Sequence record: MN794232.1
Direction: 5' to 3' (one strand)
DNA: 64,000 bases
In this document: one piece after another, positions 29,866 through 40,100 of the stretch
How positions within the stretch are numbered: the first letter of the stretch is position 1
Layout: each line of letters starts with the position of its first letter
Made by a program: the position numbers and the translations under genes
The notes under the pieces: model-generated
Databases searched by the model: none
What the model saw: the letters and a program-made list of their open reading frames with translations, nothing else
Told to the model about the DNA's origin: nothing

Positions 29866-30747
29866 ATGCAGGTAAGATGGACAGAAATGTTTTACAGCAT
29901 TCAAGGCGAAGGGAAATACACTGGTCAAGCTAGTTTATTCTTTCGCTTCTGGGGTTGTAACTTAGAATGTCACGGCTTCGGGCAAGAAGATCCGACGAAT
30001 AAAGATACATGGGTATTAGACTTCAAAGACTACGACCCGAAAGCTAACAACGTGACTTCAGTCGAAGATCTGCCTGTATGGACTCGTGGATGTGACTCTT
30101 CTTACACGTGGGCTAAAAAGTATGCTCATCTTGCTTCAAAGTCTGAAGTTGCAGACGTATGCGAAGCAATGCTTGAGAAACTGCCTAATCGAGTTTGGGG
30201 AGATATTCATTGGGTAATTACAGGTGGTGAGCCGATGATGAATCAAGCTCAAATCATCGAAATGATGAATTACTTCATCAAAATTGACAATTATCCAAAA
30301 CATGTCACGATTGAAACTAATGGTACGCGAGAACTCAAGCCAGAATTTGCAGAGCGTTGGGCGCTAATTCAGTGGAATACGCATCGTAATGTTCACTTGA
30401 GTTTCAGCGTGTCAGTTAAGTTGTACAACGTAACGGGCGAAGTGCATGAAAAAGCAATCAAGCCAAAAGTTGTCAACAAGTATGCACGCATCGGAGAAGT
30501 CTGGCTCAAGCCAGTCGTCGTAGACAAGGAAGCGTGTTGGGACGAGCTTGATGCTGTGATCGCACAGTTCAAAGCAGAACGCAACTTACACAACGTTCCA
30601 GTGTATATCATGCCATGTGGTGCTACTCAAGAAGAGCAAGAGCAAGATGGTTATATGGCGTCAATCGCAGGGAAAGCATTGGCGCGTGGTTACAACGTTT
30701 CTGTACGAACACACGTATGGATTTGGGGTAACGCGGTGGGCACGTAA
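29866..30747 (+). CDS. queE: 7-carboxy-7-deazaguanine synthase (QueE-like radical SAM)
   Basis: FYSIQGEG, FWGCNLEC...CDS, ITGGEP, IETNG, SVRTH. Confidence 0.8.
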   Translation: MQVRWTEMFYSIQGEGKYTGQASLFFRFWGCNLECHGFGQEDPTNKDTWVLDFKDYDPKANNVTSVEDLPVWTRGCDSSYTWAKKYAHLASKSEVADVCEAMLEKLPNRVWGDIHWVITGGEPMMNQAQIIEMMNYFIKIDNYPKHVTIETNGTRELKPEFAERWALIQWNTHRNVHLSFSVSVKLYNVTGEVHEKAIKPKVVNKYARIGEVWLKPVVVDKEACWDELDAVIAQFKAERNLHNVPVYIMPCGATQEEQEQDGYMASIAGKALARGYNVSVRTHVWIWGNAVGT

Positions 30748-30782
30748 GTGCCCTTTTATTCCCTTTGAAGTGAGAAATTATT

Positions 30783-31037
30783 ATGATTCTATTTGGTCAC
30801 GTGGTTGGTACAATCGGTATGATTCTAATCTGTCTAGCATTCTGGATGGTGACGAGTGAAAAATATAAGCCTACCGATGATAAGTACTTGTGGACTAATA
30901 TGTCGGGTGCTATACTGCTTACGATTAGCTTGCTAATCAACTTCAATCTCGGTAGCTTCATGATTGAGCTATTCTGGATTTACATTAGCGGCACCGCGCT
31001 ATACAAGAACTACAAATTGCGAAAAAACGCTAAATAG
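30783..31037 (+). CDS. small multi-pass membrane protein
   Basis: three hydrophobic segments. Confidence 0.7.
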   Translation: MILFGHVVGTIGMILICLAFWMVTSEKYKPTDDKYLWTNMSGAILLTISLLINFNLGSFMIELFWIYISGTALYKNYKLRKNAK

Positions 31038-31102
31038 TAGTTGATAAGCTTGTCGATTCGTGTATAATCAACTGCGAATCGACAAACAAACTGGAGAATC
31101 TA

Positions 31103-31261
31103 ATGTCTAAAAATAAAAAGCCAAGCAATAAGCCACAAAACTTCGTTGCAAAGCACATGAATACTTTCAATCATGCTTCAGTTGAAGAAGATAGAAAGAA
31201 GAAATCAAAGCGTTTAACTAAGCGCAAAATGAAACACAAAGGGAAAGCCTATGATGAATGA
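31103..31261 (+). CDS. small basic protein (not in ORF track)
   Basis: GGAG RBS; MSKNKK...NFVAKHMN..., 52 aa. Confidence 0.6.
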   Translation: MSKNKKPSNKPQNFVAKHMNTFNHASVEEDRKKKSKRLTKRKMKHKGKAYDE

Positions 31262-31550
31262 TGTTTTAGCTGGTATACCCATGCCGCCTCAGAAACCCAA
31301 GTTCATCCCAGAATCTGACGACCATCAATTCTTTCACGATTGTGCTGGGTTTGATTGGTTCTATCAATTCAGTGATGATCACAGCGTATATCTTCGCGGT
31401 GAACGTGAATTGTCTAAGCTAAAGTCGCGAATGACAAACGAACGCAGAAATAAAATCTATGAAGCGTGGTGTCAGTATATGTTCAGCGGTCCCAATTTCG
31501 GGCTAGAGCAGCACCCTGAACCAAAGTGGGAAGATTTTAAAGATGCATAA
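31251..31550 (+). CDS. hypothetical protein
   Basis: ORF in operon. Confidence 0.65.
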   Translation: MMNDVLAGIPMPPQKPKFIPESDDHQFFHDCAGFDWFYQFSDDHSVYLRGERELSKLKSRMTNERRNKIYEAWCQYMFSGPNFGLEQHPEPKWEDFKDA

Positions 31551-31812
31551 AGATGTACTCGGCAATGTAATCGAAATGAAAGATATTGTGTTTCGTCTTT
31601 CGAAAGAGAGATTATGCGTCGAACCGTGCATCGTAACCGGGTTTACACAGTACAAAGTGCTGTTAAATGATGGTCTTCAATGCGACCCAAATCGTGTCGT
31701 CGTTGTGACCGAACAAATTCAAAATAACGGTATCGACTTGTGGTCAAACACACTCGAATTCAAATATCGTGAGTATATCATCAAAGGCTATAAACGCCTG
31801 CAAAATAAGTGA
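31543..31812 (+). CDS. hypothetical protein
   Basis: ORF in operon. Confidence 0.65.
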   Translation: MHKDVLGNVIEMKDIVFRLSKERLCVEPCIVTGFTQYKVLLNDGLQCDPNRVVVVTEQIQNNGIDLWSNTLEFKYREYIIKGYKRLQNK

Positions 31813-31819
31813 GAAAAAC

Positions 31820-32092
31820 ATGACATTCTTTCAAAAACTAGTAGCAATCTTCACCAACACTCCTCGTCCAACAGAAGACATTCTGGAAGACATGAATCAG
31901 AAAGCGAACGAACTTCGCGCACGTGCTCAATTTGACCAAGAACAAATTGAGGCAAACGAAGCTGAAGAGCGTCGCGCACGTGAAGAAGTCGAGCGTCGTG
32001 CGCAAGAACTGGCAGCGCGAAATGCAGTACATGCGCAGTCTAAAGAGCGTGCAGAACGTGTTGCGAAGCGAGTTGAAGAATTTACTGCGTAA
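31820..32092 (+). CDS. coiled-coil protein
   Basis: start MTFFQKL; E/R/A-rich helix. Confidence 0.65.
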   Translation: MTFFQKLVAIFTNTPRPTEDILEDMNQKANELRARAQFDQEQIEANEAEERRAREEVERRAQELAARNAVHAQSKERAERVAKRVEEFTA

Positions 32093-32206
32093 TGTTCTAG
32101 AAACGTAACATAATACCTAAAAAGCCCCGTTAATGTGCTCATTCAGTAACATTATCACGGGGCTTTTTTGTGTCTGTCATAAATACAAATAAAATGTGAG
32201 GATGCA

Positions 32207-33325
32207 ATGAAAAATCTAAAATCTTTTATGGAAGAACTTCAATCATTGAACGAAGTCTTCATTCGTGGCGGTCGACCACGAAACGGGTCTAAGGTTCTTG
32301 CGAACGGCAAGAATATTTGGGTATGGAATAGCGATAGAGAGTTCGAACGTCTAGCGCCATTTATCAATCGCGAACTCGGAACCGACTTTGAAGAAGAGTA
32401 CGATCTAGACTCTTGGTACGAAGAGGGCGCACAAGCGGTATACGCGACGATTGAAAACGGCAAGCTAGATATGCAAGGGCAATCATCTTATCGCCCGTCT
32501 GTAGCGTCTGACACGCTTCGCAAGACTATTAAAGCCCTTAACCTGAACGGCGTGACTCGTCGAACGCAATCATTTAACCCTGATTACGATGAAGTTGAGC
32601 ACGATTTCGAGACCGACCGTCGAGAATTCAACAAGAAACTGTCTCAGAAGACGTTCTATCACGGTACATCGACTACGTTCATCGAATCAATGTTGAAATT
32701 TGGTCTGAAACCGAATCCGAATGAAACTCAATTCGATAATATTGAACATGCTGATAAAGTCTTTATTACAACAGAACTTGACAAAGCAATGTTCCACGCG
32801 ACACACTCAGCGAACCGAAACAACTCGTTCCCTGTGATTATCGAGCTACGCATTCCAGACGAAAGCAAGCTTGTATCTGACTATGACGTTGTAATTGATG
32901 TTCTGGGCGCTAATTCAGAAGAAGCATCCGAGCTTGGGTATGCTGACATCTTCTATCAAATGCCACATTCGCGTGGTGACGGTACGAAGTATCACCGAGA
33001 CGACATCGAAAGTCGATTTGGTAAACGTCTAGGCGGATTGAGTACTCGCATCGGTATCTTCGGGTACAAAGGTCGAATCCCTGCAAGTCATTTCAATTTC
33101 ATCTACGCTGACGGTGACGTGATCGAAGAGTCAATGCCAGAAATGTATTGGGAAATGGACGGCGAATTCGACATGGCAGAAATGCGTACTGAATCAGTCA
33201 ACCATCGTTCGTTCGACTACTGGGATCAATTCAAACCCACTAAATTCATTGCTCACTTCGAAGAACTTTGGGATGATCTCAAAGATGAATACGAAGACGA
33301 GGAAGAAGACGAAGATTGGGACTAA
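32207..33325 (+). CDS. ADP-ribosyltransferase-fold protein, probably capsid-packaged
   Basis: FYHGTS...GLKP...VFITT...PVIIEL; N-terminus MKNLKSFMEE; upstream CATAAATA. Confidence 0.6.
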   Translation: MKNLKSFMEELQSLNEVFIRGGRPRNGSKVLANGKNIWVWNSDREFERLAPFINRELGTDFEEEYDLDSWYEEGAQAVYATIENGKLDMQGQSSYRPSVASDTLRKTIKALNLNGVTRRTQSFNPDYDEVEHDFETDRREFNKKLSQKTFYHGTSTTFIESMLKFGLKPNPNETQFDNIEHADKVFITTELDKAMFHATHSANRNNSFPVIIELRIPDESKLVSDYDVVIDVLGANSEEASELGYADIFYQMPHSRGDGTKYHRDDIESRFGKRLGGLSTRIGIFGYKGRIPASHFNFIYADGDVIEESMPEMYWEMDGEFDMAEMRTESVNHRSFDYWDQFKPTKFIAHFEELWDDLKDEYEDEEEDEDWD

Positions 33326-33366
33326 ATACTAGGGAGCAATAACGCTCCCTTTTTTAGGACTGAATC

Positions 33367-33852
33367 ATGTATAAATGTAAACATTTCAAAATCCAAGAGC
33401 TTGTAACTCCACAAATGCACGCTGCATGGGGTGAAAGATGTTGGTCACTTTTCGACGACCGTCTATTACGCACGCTAGACGCGCTCAGAGAACGTTTCGG
33501 TCCCTGCACCATAAACGATTGGAGTTGGGGCGGATCGTTCAAATACAGCGGTTTCAGAGACGAAAACTTCTACGGATCGACACAAAAGTACCTTGATAGC
33601 CGTTCTCAGCACAAATACGGTCGTGCAGCCGACTGCAAATTCAGAAATCACACCGCAGATCAAGTGCGTAAATACATCTTAGAGAACCCAGAAGAATTCC
33701 CTTATGTGAAATTCATTGAATGTAGCCCGCTTGCAAACGGAACATCTATGTCATGGGTTCACATCGACGTACGTAACAGCGAAGATGTTCAATGTTGGTC
33801 TCCAAAAGAAGGCTTTATTGATGCTGACGAAGTAATCCGCAGAAAACTTTAG
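33367..33852 (+). CDS. peptidase M15 family (probable endolysin)
   Basis: SGFR, SQHKYGRAAD, WVHID zinc ligands. Confidence 0.85.
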   Translation: MYKCKHFKIQELVTPQMHAAWGERCWSLFDDRLLRTLDALRERFGPCTINDWSWGGSFKYSGFRDENFYGSTQKYLDSRSQHKYGRAADCKFRNHTADQVRKYILENPEEFPYVKFIECSPLANGTSMSWVHIDVRNSEDVQCWSPKEGFIDADEVIRRKL

Positions 33853-33916
33853 TTTATCTGCCGATACATTGCCGTTACTATAAATCTGTCAAACAACACA
33901 ACAAAAGGTCTACTAC

Positions 33917-34624
33917 ATGGGCAAAAAGAAGAACTCTGAAGAACGCACACTACAACGCATTGAGTTACTGACCTTCAACCAAGAGCAATACGCGGCTGCA
34001 TTGCAGGAAGAAGTCGGTGAAGACGGCTCAGGTGCATTTGTATTTGCGATTGGTTCTGCGGGTACAGGTAAGACATGGCTTGCAACGACTCTAGGTGCAG
34101 ACATGTACTCAGCTTTTGACTACACCGAATTCATCATCTTGAAGCCGACGCTTTCATGCGGTGAAGAACTCGGTTACTTACCCGGTACTCTTGAAGAAAA
34201 GATGGAACCTTGGATTCAAACAGTAACGCAGCCATTGAAAGACCGACTAGGCGCAGATAAATTCAAATGCGACTGGAACAAACGCATTCACGCTGAACCT
34301 ATTCAATTCGTTCGAGGCAAGACATTCGACAACTGTTTCATCGTCGTCGATGAAGCTCAGAACTTAACTAAAACTGAAATTCAGACCATCATGACTCGTA
34401 TCGGCGAGAATACGAAAATGGTTTTCTGCGGCGACTTGAAACAAGACGACCATAAGATGATCTATCGTACTGGTCAGAAAGAAATCAGTGGTCTAGCGTG
34501 GATGGTAAATGAAATTCGTAATCAGCAACGCTCAGGCATCGAGATTATTGAGTTCACAAACAAGGACGTAGTTCGTTCTGGTGCTTGTAAGCTTGCTCTT
34601 GACATCATCGACAAGGCTCAATAA
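33917..34624 (+). CDS. phoH: PhoH-like ATPase
   Basis: GSAGTGKT, LGYLPG, RGKTF, VDEAQN, GDLKQ, VVRS. Confidence 0.93.
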   Translation: MGKKKNSEERTLQRIELLTFNQEQYAAALQEEVGEDGSGAFVFAIGSAGTGKTWLATTLGADMYSAFDYTEFIILKPTLSCGEELGYLPGTLEEKMEPWIQTVTQPLKDRLGADKFKCDWNKRIHAEPIQFVRGKTFDNCFIVVDEAQNLTKTEIQTIMTRIGENTKMVFCGDLKQDDHKMIYRTGQKEISGLAWMVNEIRNQQRSGIEIIEFTNKDVVRSGACKLALDIIDKAQ

Positions 34625-34932
34625 TGGGAAAAATGATTGTAAATCAGACTGTGAAAATCACTGATACAGGCAATTTCAATACACTAGTCAAGCACTGGTA
34701 TTCAGTCGGCGGAACTAACGATTCGGTTGAGCTTCAATTAGAAGTCGGCGAAATCGTTAACATCAAGTCGTTCCAAGACCCAACAGTTCCTGGTGGCGTG
34801 TATTCTCACATCACAAAAACTTCGAAACATTACACGAACGTGCTAGGCGTTTTAATTCAAGACCGTAATTCACCGGATTACGACATGAAGAAAGACCGAC
34901 ATAGAATTCAGGTAACTTCGAAACTCAATTAA
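34624..34932 (+). CDS. hypothetical protein
   Basis: coupled to phoH. Confidence 0.65.
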   Translation: MGKMIVNQTVKITDTGNFNTLVKHWYSVGGTNDSVELQLEVGEIVNIKSFQDPTVPGGVYSHITKTSKHYTNVLGVLIQDRNSPDYDMKKDRHRIQVTSKLN

Positions 34933-35166
34933 CAAAGCGCCTCCGGGCGCTTTTTTTGTTTAGAACTCCCTAAACTTACATTAAAATATCTAGACGGGAG
35001 GTGTCGATGAAAGACAAGCAACAATTGAAAGTTCGATGTTCTATTCATATCGCAGAACAACTAATGCAGTTACCCGAATTTCGTGACATGTCGGTTACGA
35101 AAATCTTCCAAACACTATCTACAGATTATCTCAACAAGAGTGCGTTTCAGCACGTCGGGGCGATTA

Positions 35167-35898
35167 ATGGAAAGAGCAGAAATCATCATTCCTACGAAAA
35201 GTGTAAGGAATGCGGGGTATGAGTTCGAAGTGATCGATACTAGCAAACTCGATCACTATCACGTGCGCTGTGTTACAAACACACTGTACGATAATAGAAT
35301 CAAAGGGTCAAAACTAGATGGGTTCAGAGCAGAAATTACGCTAATGGACGCGGAATCACTAGTTTTTTTAAACTCGATGAATCTATATGCTAACTTCACT
35401 GAATCTAACAGAGCAAACAACGGCATGAAGCGTATCAAATCGGCAAGATACGACTATCATCATTATTATCAGCAACAAGAAGATTGGTTCAAATCAATAT
35501 TACGTCAACACAAAATCAAAGTGAAATATCCAAACGGAGAGACTCGCGAGAAATTACCGATGTTCTACACGTGCGGATTGCGACTTTCGAACGTTCGACG
35601 TTCAGCGGATAAAGCATGTGCAATGCTCGTTCTAGATGAGAATCAAAAGCCGAAGCTGTATGCATTTGCAATAGGTAAACTTAGGTATGTTGTAGACGCT
35701 TATGACAAGACCGCTAACCTAAACTGTCCAGCGCAGATCGGGAAGAAGACGGTTGACGTTATTGAGTGTTTAGACTATAATGATGAAGACGATTGGAATG
35801 ATGAAAATGAACTCGAAGAAGTTCACAAAAAGATTGTTATTCCAGATGTATCCGATTTAGATAAAGTATTAATGTCGTTAGACGAAGAAGAGTTTTAA
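35167..35898 (+). CDS. hypothetical protein
   Basis: start MERAEII; acidic C-terminus. Confidence 0.7.
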   Translation: MERAEIIIPTKSVRNAGYEFEVIDTSKLDHYHVRCVTNTLYDNRIKGSKLDGFRAEITLMDAESLVFLNSMNLYANFTESNRANNGMKRIKSARYDYHHYYQQQEDWFKSILRQHKIKVKYPNGETREKLPMFYTCGLRLSNVRRSADKACAMLVLDENQKPKLYAFAIGKLRYVVDAYDKTANLNCPAQIGKKTVDVIECLDYNDEDDWNDENELEEVHKKIVIPDVSDLDKVLMSLDEEEF

Positions 35899-35901
35899 TT
35901 T

Positions 35902-36201
35902 ATGAAAGAAGTATCAACAACAACTTACAAAAGCACTCCAGAACTGGCTCTTGATATTGCAGCATATGCATCACTGTTAGTCAAGATGGGATATGATGAG
36001 TGTGTCACAAATCAGAAACTCTTTGTTGAAATGTGCAATGAAGCAGGATTTAGAACTACAACGGGCAAAGAATTCACGCAGATGTCGTTTCGACAGATGT
36101 TTGCTCGTCTTCCGCAAGGGACTAAGCGCGAAGTTCGTGAATCGTTCTCGTGGGGTAATGTCCCGCAAGGTGAATCAATTTTAGAAAGCATTTATGTTTA
36201 A
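35902..36201 (+). CDS. asiA: anti-sigma70 factor AsiA homolog
   Basis: ASLLVKMG...NQKLFVEMCNEAG...QMSFRQM parallels T4 AsiA ASILIKFS...NRANFIAFLNEIG...QNSFRK. Confidence 0.8.
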   Translation: MKEVSTTTYKSTPELALDIAAYASLLVKMGYDECVTNQKLFVEMCNEAGFRTTTGKEFTQMSFRQMFARLPQGTKREVRESFSWGNVPQGESILESIYV

Positions 36202-36209
36202 GGTAAATT

Positions 36210-36506
36210 ATGAATTTTGGAAATGCACTTGAATCTTTAAAAGCCGGTCGAAAAATCTCACGCGAAGGTTGGAATGGTAAGGGTATGTTTATCGTTCTTA
36301 TGCCAGCACTTTACTTGCCGCCTTTTAGCACGCAAGACACAATGCGAAAAGTCAATGATCGAACTGCAAAACACATCGGCGAAGATACGCCACTAGACAG
36401 TCAACCGTATATTGCAATGTTCACGGCTGAACAGAAATGGCAACCGGGATGGGTAGCGTCTCAGGCTGATATTTTAGCTGAAGATTGGGTAGTTCACGAC
36501 GAATAA
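36210..36506 (+). CDS. DUF2829 / Tad2-like anti-defence sponge protein
   Basis: MNFGNALESLKAGRKISREGWNGKGMF...PYIAM...GWVASQADILAEDW. Confidence 0.85.
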   Translation: MNFGNALESLKAGRKISREGWNGKGMFIVLMPALYLPPFSTQDTMRKVNDRTAKHIGEDTPLDSQPYIAMFTAEQKWQPGWVASQADILAEDWVVHDE

Positions 36507-36509
36507 AGA

Positions 36510-36545
36510 AAAGGGAGAGTACAACTGTTACTCTCCCTTTTTTTG
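36510..36545. terminator. bidirectional terminator
   Basis: AAAGGGAGAGTA...TACTCTCCCTTTTTT. Confidence 0.8.
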
Positions 36546-36546
36546 G

Positions 36547-37122
36547 TCACTGTACTTTCTTAGTTCGCTTGTCAATCTCGTGAACTTTACTTTCAAGATT
36601 GTCAATACGAGTATTAAGCATTTCTCCATCTTTCCCTGTAAAGCGGTCAGTTGAATCAATGTTAATCAATGTCTCGACTCTGGCTAAATCAGTCTCAATC
36701 TTAGAGTAACGTGAATGGGTACTGTCTATCTTAGTAATAATGGCGTTCTGAGTACTTTTAATACTCTCCACTGAGTTTACTAGATTTTTGTCGCCCAACT
36801 CCGACGCACTCCTCAATGCTCTTACTTCGCTCTCAAGACTACCATAGTTTACAAGCACTTGATCTTGCTTTTTAACGATAAGAGCTTGCGCCCCTTCTAA
36901 GCCAATCAGTTGTTGTGCCTGCGTTGCGTTTGTTAGTTTGATGTCAGTTATTTCTTGCATGATTTTAGCGTTTTGAGCAACTGCGGTTTTACCTTGTTCT
37001 TGGACAACTTGTAATGCTTCTTGCATACTACCGTAGTTTGTCGCAACGCTCATTGAGGTGATAGCCAGAGGGATAAGAATAGTACCTATAACAGCTAACA
37101 AAAATTGCGCCATTTTACTCAT
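36547..37122 (-). CDS. membrane-anchored coiled-coil protein, late (position of holin in T4-like gene order)
   Basis: N-terminal TM; exact late promoter upstream. Confidence 0.55.
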   Translation of the reverse strand: MSKMAQFLLAVIGTILIPLAITSMSVATNYGSMQEALQVVQEQGKTAVAQNAKIMQEITDIKLTNATQAQQLIGLEGAQALIVKKQDQVLVNYGSLESEVRALRSASELGDKNLVNSVESIKSTQNAIITKIDSTHSRYSKIETDLARVETLINIDSTDRFTGKDGEMLNTRIDNLESKVHEIDKRTKKVQ

Positions 37123-37169
37123 AGTATTGGTTCCTATGTTGGTTTATCTTATTCTCTGACTGTCAGGTG

Positions 37170-37177
37170 TATTTATA
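37170..37177 (-). promoter_or_regulatory. T4 late promoter
   Basis: TATAAATA on minus strand. Confidence 0.75.
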
Positions 37178-40100
37178 AACGAAGCAACTTCTTCCACCAT
37201 GGGCGTTTAAGCTCTTGTACTTCGTTCTGAAGCGTGTCTACTTTTGCATTAAGCTCTTTAATAGCTTCAATCAAAAGACCGTTCATATTGCCGTACGCGA
37301 CTGATAGAATACGATCTTCGTCGTCACTTTCCATCACTGCTTCTGGCAGTACTTTTTCCACTTCTTGCGCAATCACACCCGTTTCACGAATATATTCGTC
37401 GGAATCGAATGAACTACGCTTGTCATATGTATACCCGTTTAATTCACCTACTTTATTGAGTGCATTGTCAATAAGCTTGATGTTTTTCTTCAAACGTCGG
37501 TCTGAGTACGCTGTCACGTTACCTGGAGCAGTGAAGTTACCAGTTGAATACTGAAATGACCACTGCTTAGTCGTTGAGCTATTCAGAGACGATACGATCT
37601 GAGCCGTATGCGCTCCCGAAGAACTCAAAATTGCACCGAATGAGTGCTGATAACGACCACCCGAGTGGTTAATATCACCTTTCATGAAAGCATGATATTC
37701 ACTACTACCCGAACTTGATTTGTAGTGGTAAAACGGAGCTTGTGACGTGTAATGCGAAGCATATGCATATGATGCCGCAGATCCGTAAGCCGTCATCCTA
37801 CCCGTAGACAACAATGCACTTTGAACTGTTACATCAGTAAAGTCATTCCCATAGTTGACAATCAAGTTTGACGTTGTACCAACCAATGCTCTCTTATCAC
37901 GAATCTTGAAATCTTGACCGCCATTTGAGCTAATCAAAGAAGACCCGAGATAGGTTGCTGTGGTAGCAGTCGTAGCCGATGTCGCCGTCGTAGCCGATGT
38001 CGCGTTGCCACTCAGAGAACCCACGAATGTCGGCGCTGTTACACTATGCGCAAACACCGCAGTTCCGTTTTCGTTCAACCTGAAGTCATCAGATGCACTA
38101 CCGTTGTATCTAAACGCCATGACGCCGTTTTGATGGTCAAGCTGCCAGTAGTTATCGCTGTACGTACTGTCCATCAAGTTCAATTGAACATTCGTGTGTC
38201 GAATCGTCAACTGTCCATTGATCGTATCCCCTGCTTTGCTAACCGCACCAATTTCAGCTAATGACCATGCAACGTTAGCAGATCCGTTTACTGATTTGCC
38301 AGTGTTACCGATTGTCAATGTACGAGCCGTTGTCCATGTGTCGGCATTCGGGTGATAAATGTCGGTGAATACCTGAGCCCATGATTTCCATATACCATTT
38401 TCTTGCGTTCGAACAAACCATTTATTCAAACGCCAGTCACTTGCCAGTTGAGTTTGCCACAAATCACTATAGGATTGTGTCAAAACTGCATGATCTTGAC
38501 CCGACGGCTTATTAGTAGCAGTTGACGTAGCATACATGAATGAATATCCGCTACCATCACCCGCTGTATCGAGGTTGCTCGTGCTAATGTTAGACAAATA
38601 TGGCGTTAAGATTCTTCCAGTGAATGTATCCCCTGCAACATTCGCGAATCGAGCATCAGATTCAGCTTCAGTGTAGTATCGACCATCGTGAGTATGAGAG
38701 TCATTTGCCACGGTAACTGTCATTGTCGCATTTGAGCTACCGTCAAACGAAACTGCGCCACTTACATCGCCGTTTAGCGTCAGCGTACGAGCAGTTGTCC
38801 ATTTGTCAGCATTCGGATGATAACCGTCATGAAATACATTGTTGCTTCCGTATTTCAAAGTACCGTCAATCGAAGATAAAACCCCATCAATACCCCAGAA
38901 ATTAGGGTGATAGTTGCCGCCAGTATTGACAAACTCATGGTAAACTTCAACAGTATAGTTCGATGTGTGCCATGTCGAAACAGCAGGATCCCCATCTACA
39001 TCAATGAAGAAATTGATTCTATTACTACTTGCCGCAGATTGAGTAGTATTAACAACTGTCCATGCTCCGTTGATATTAGTGAATGTCGCGCTAGATGCCG
39101 AGTCAGTAGTTCCAGTGCCCGTAATTACAGCTCGTACACGGATAGAGCCTTGCGTAATCGCAGCCCCATTTTGGTCTAACAACTTAGCAGGAGCATTGAT
39201 GTTTACTGCATAGTCTCTGCGATACTTGTACATCCCGCCGTAGAAATCACCCGTGATCTCTTTAGCTGTCCATGTTACATTACTCGTACCATCTACTGAC
39301 TTACCAGTGTTACCGATTGTCAACGTTCTTGCAGTTGTCCATTTGTCAGCATTCGGGTGATAAGCATCGTGAAACACACGTTGGTTTACTTTCGCGAAAA
39401 TCTCACCTTCAACTTCAAGACCAGCAGGTGAAGCAACACCGCCATTCTGACGCAGAATCAATGCCTGACCATTACCACCAGCCGTGTTAATATCACCGTC
39501 AGTGATCTCGTGAATCAACTCAAGGTTTTGACCAGCACTTGTAATCCAGTTGATGCCTGAATTGTTGTTTGCGTAATCAGTTTCATTGAAACTCAAACGC
39601 CCGCCAGCTTTGCTAATTGCAACGTTACCAGTGAACGTATCGCCAGCCACGTTAGCAAAACGAGCATCAGATTCTGTTTCAGTGTAGTAACGACCATCAT
39701 GCGTGTGTGAATCGTTCGCTACAGTCGCTGTAACGGTCACAGTTGCGTTAGCCGACCCATCAATCGTCATAGACGCAGAACCGCTTACATCGCCCGTTAG
39801 AGTCGTTGTGAGCGTGCGTGCAGTTGTCCACTTATCAGCATTTGGATGATAACCGTCGTGAAACACATTGTTATCTTTGTACTTGATCGCAGTTGTATTA
39901 ACAACAAACCCACTTGCAGTCGCTGAACCGACTTGCAACGTACCATCAGTACGAACTAGAGACGAGCCGAAGTATACCCCAGTTGTAAATGCGGCTTGGT
40001 CATTGATTCTCAACCATGAATCAAATCCGCGAAATGCAGTTTTCGCGTTGATGTCAATGTTCTCAATGCCGAAGTTTGCTGCCGTTGCATCAATACGAAA

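Noticed and set aside
35001-35222. Ribbon-helix-helix regulator ORF
   Set aside because: GTG start, overlaps the next gene by about 55 nt, and the pattern is too weak to support.
36547-37122. Firm holin (gene t) call
   Set aside because: Position and N-terminal TM fit, but I recognise no sequence similarity to T4 T.
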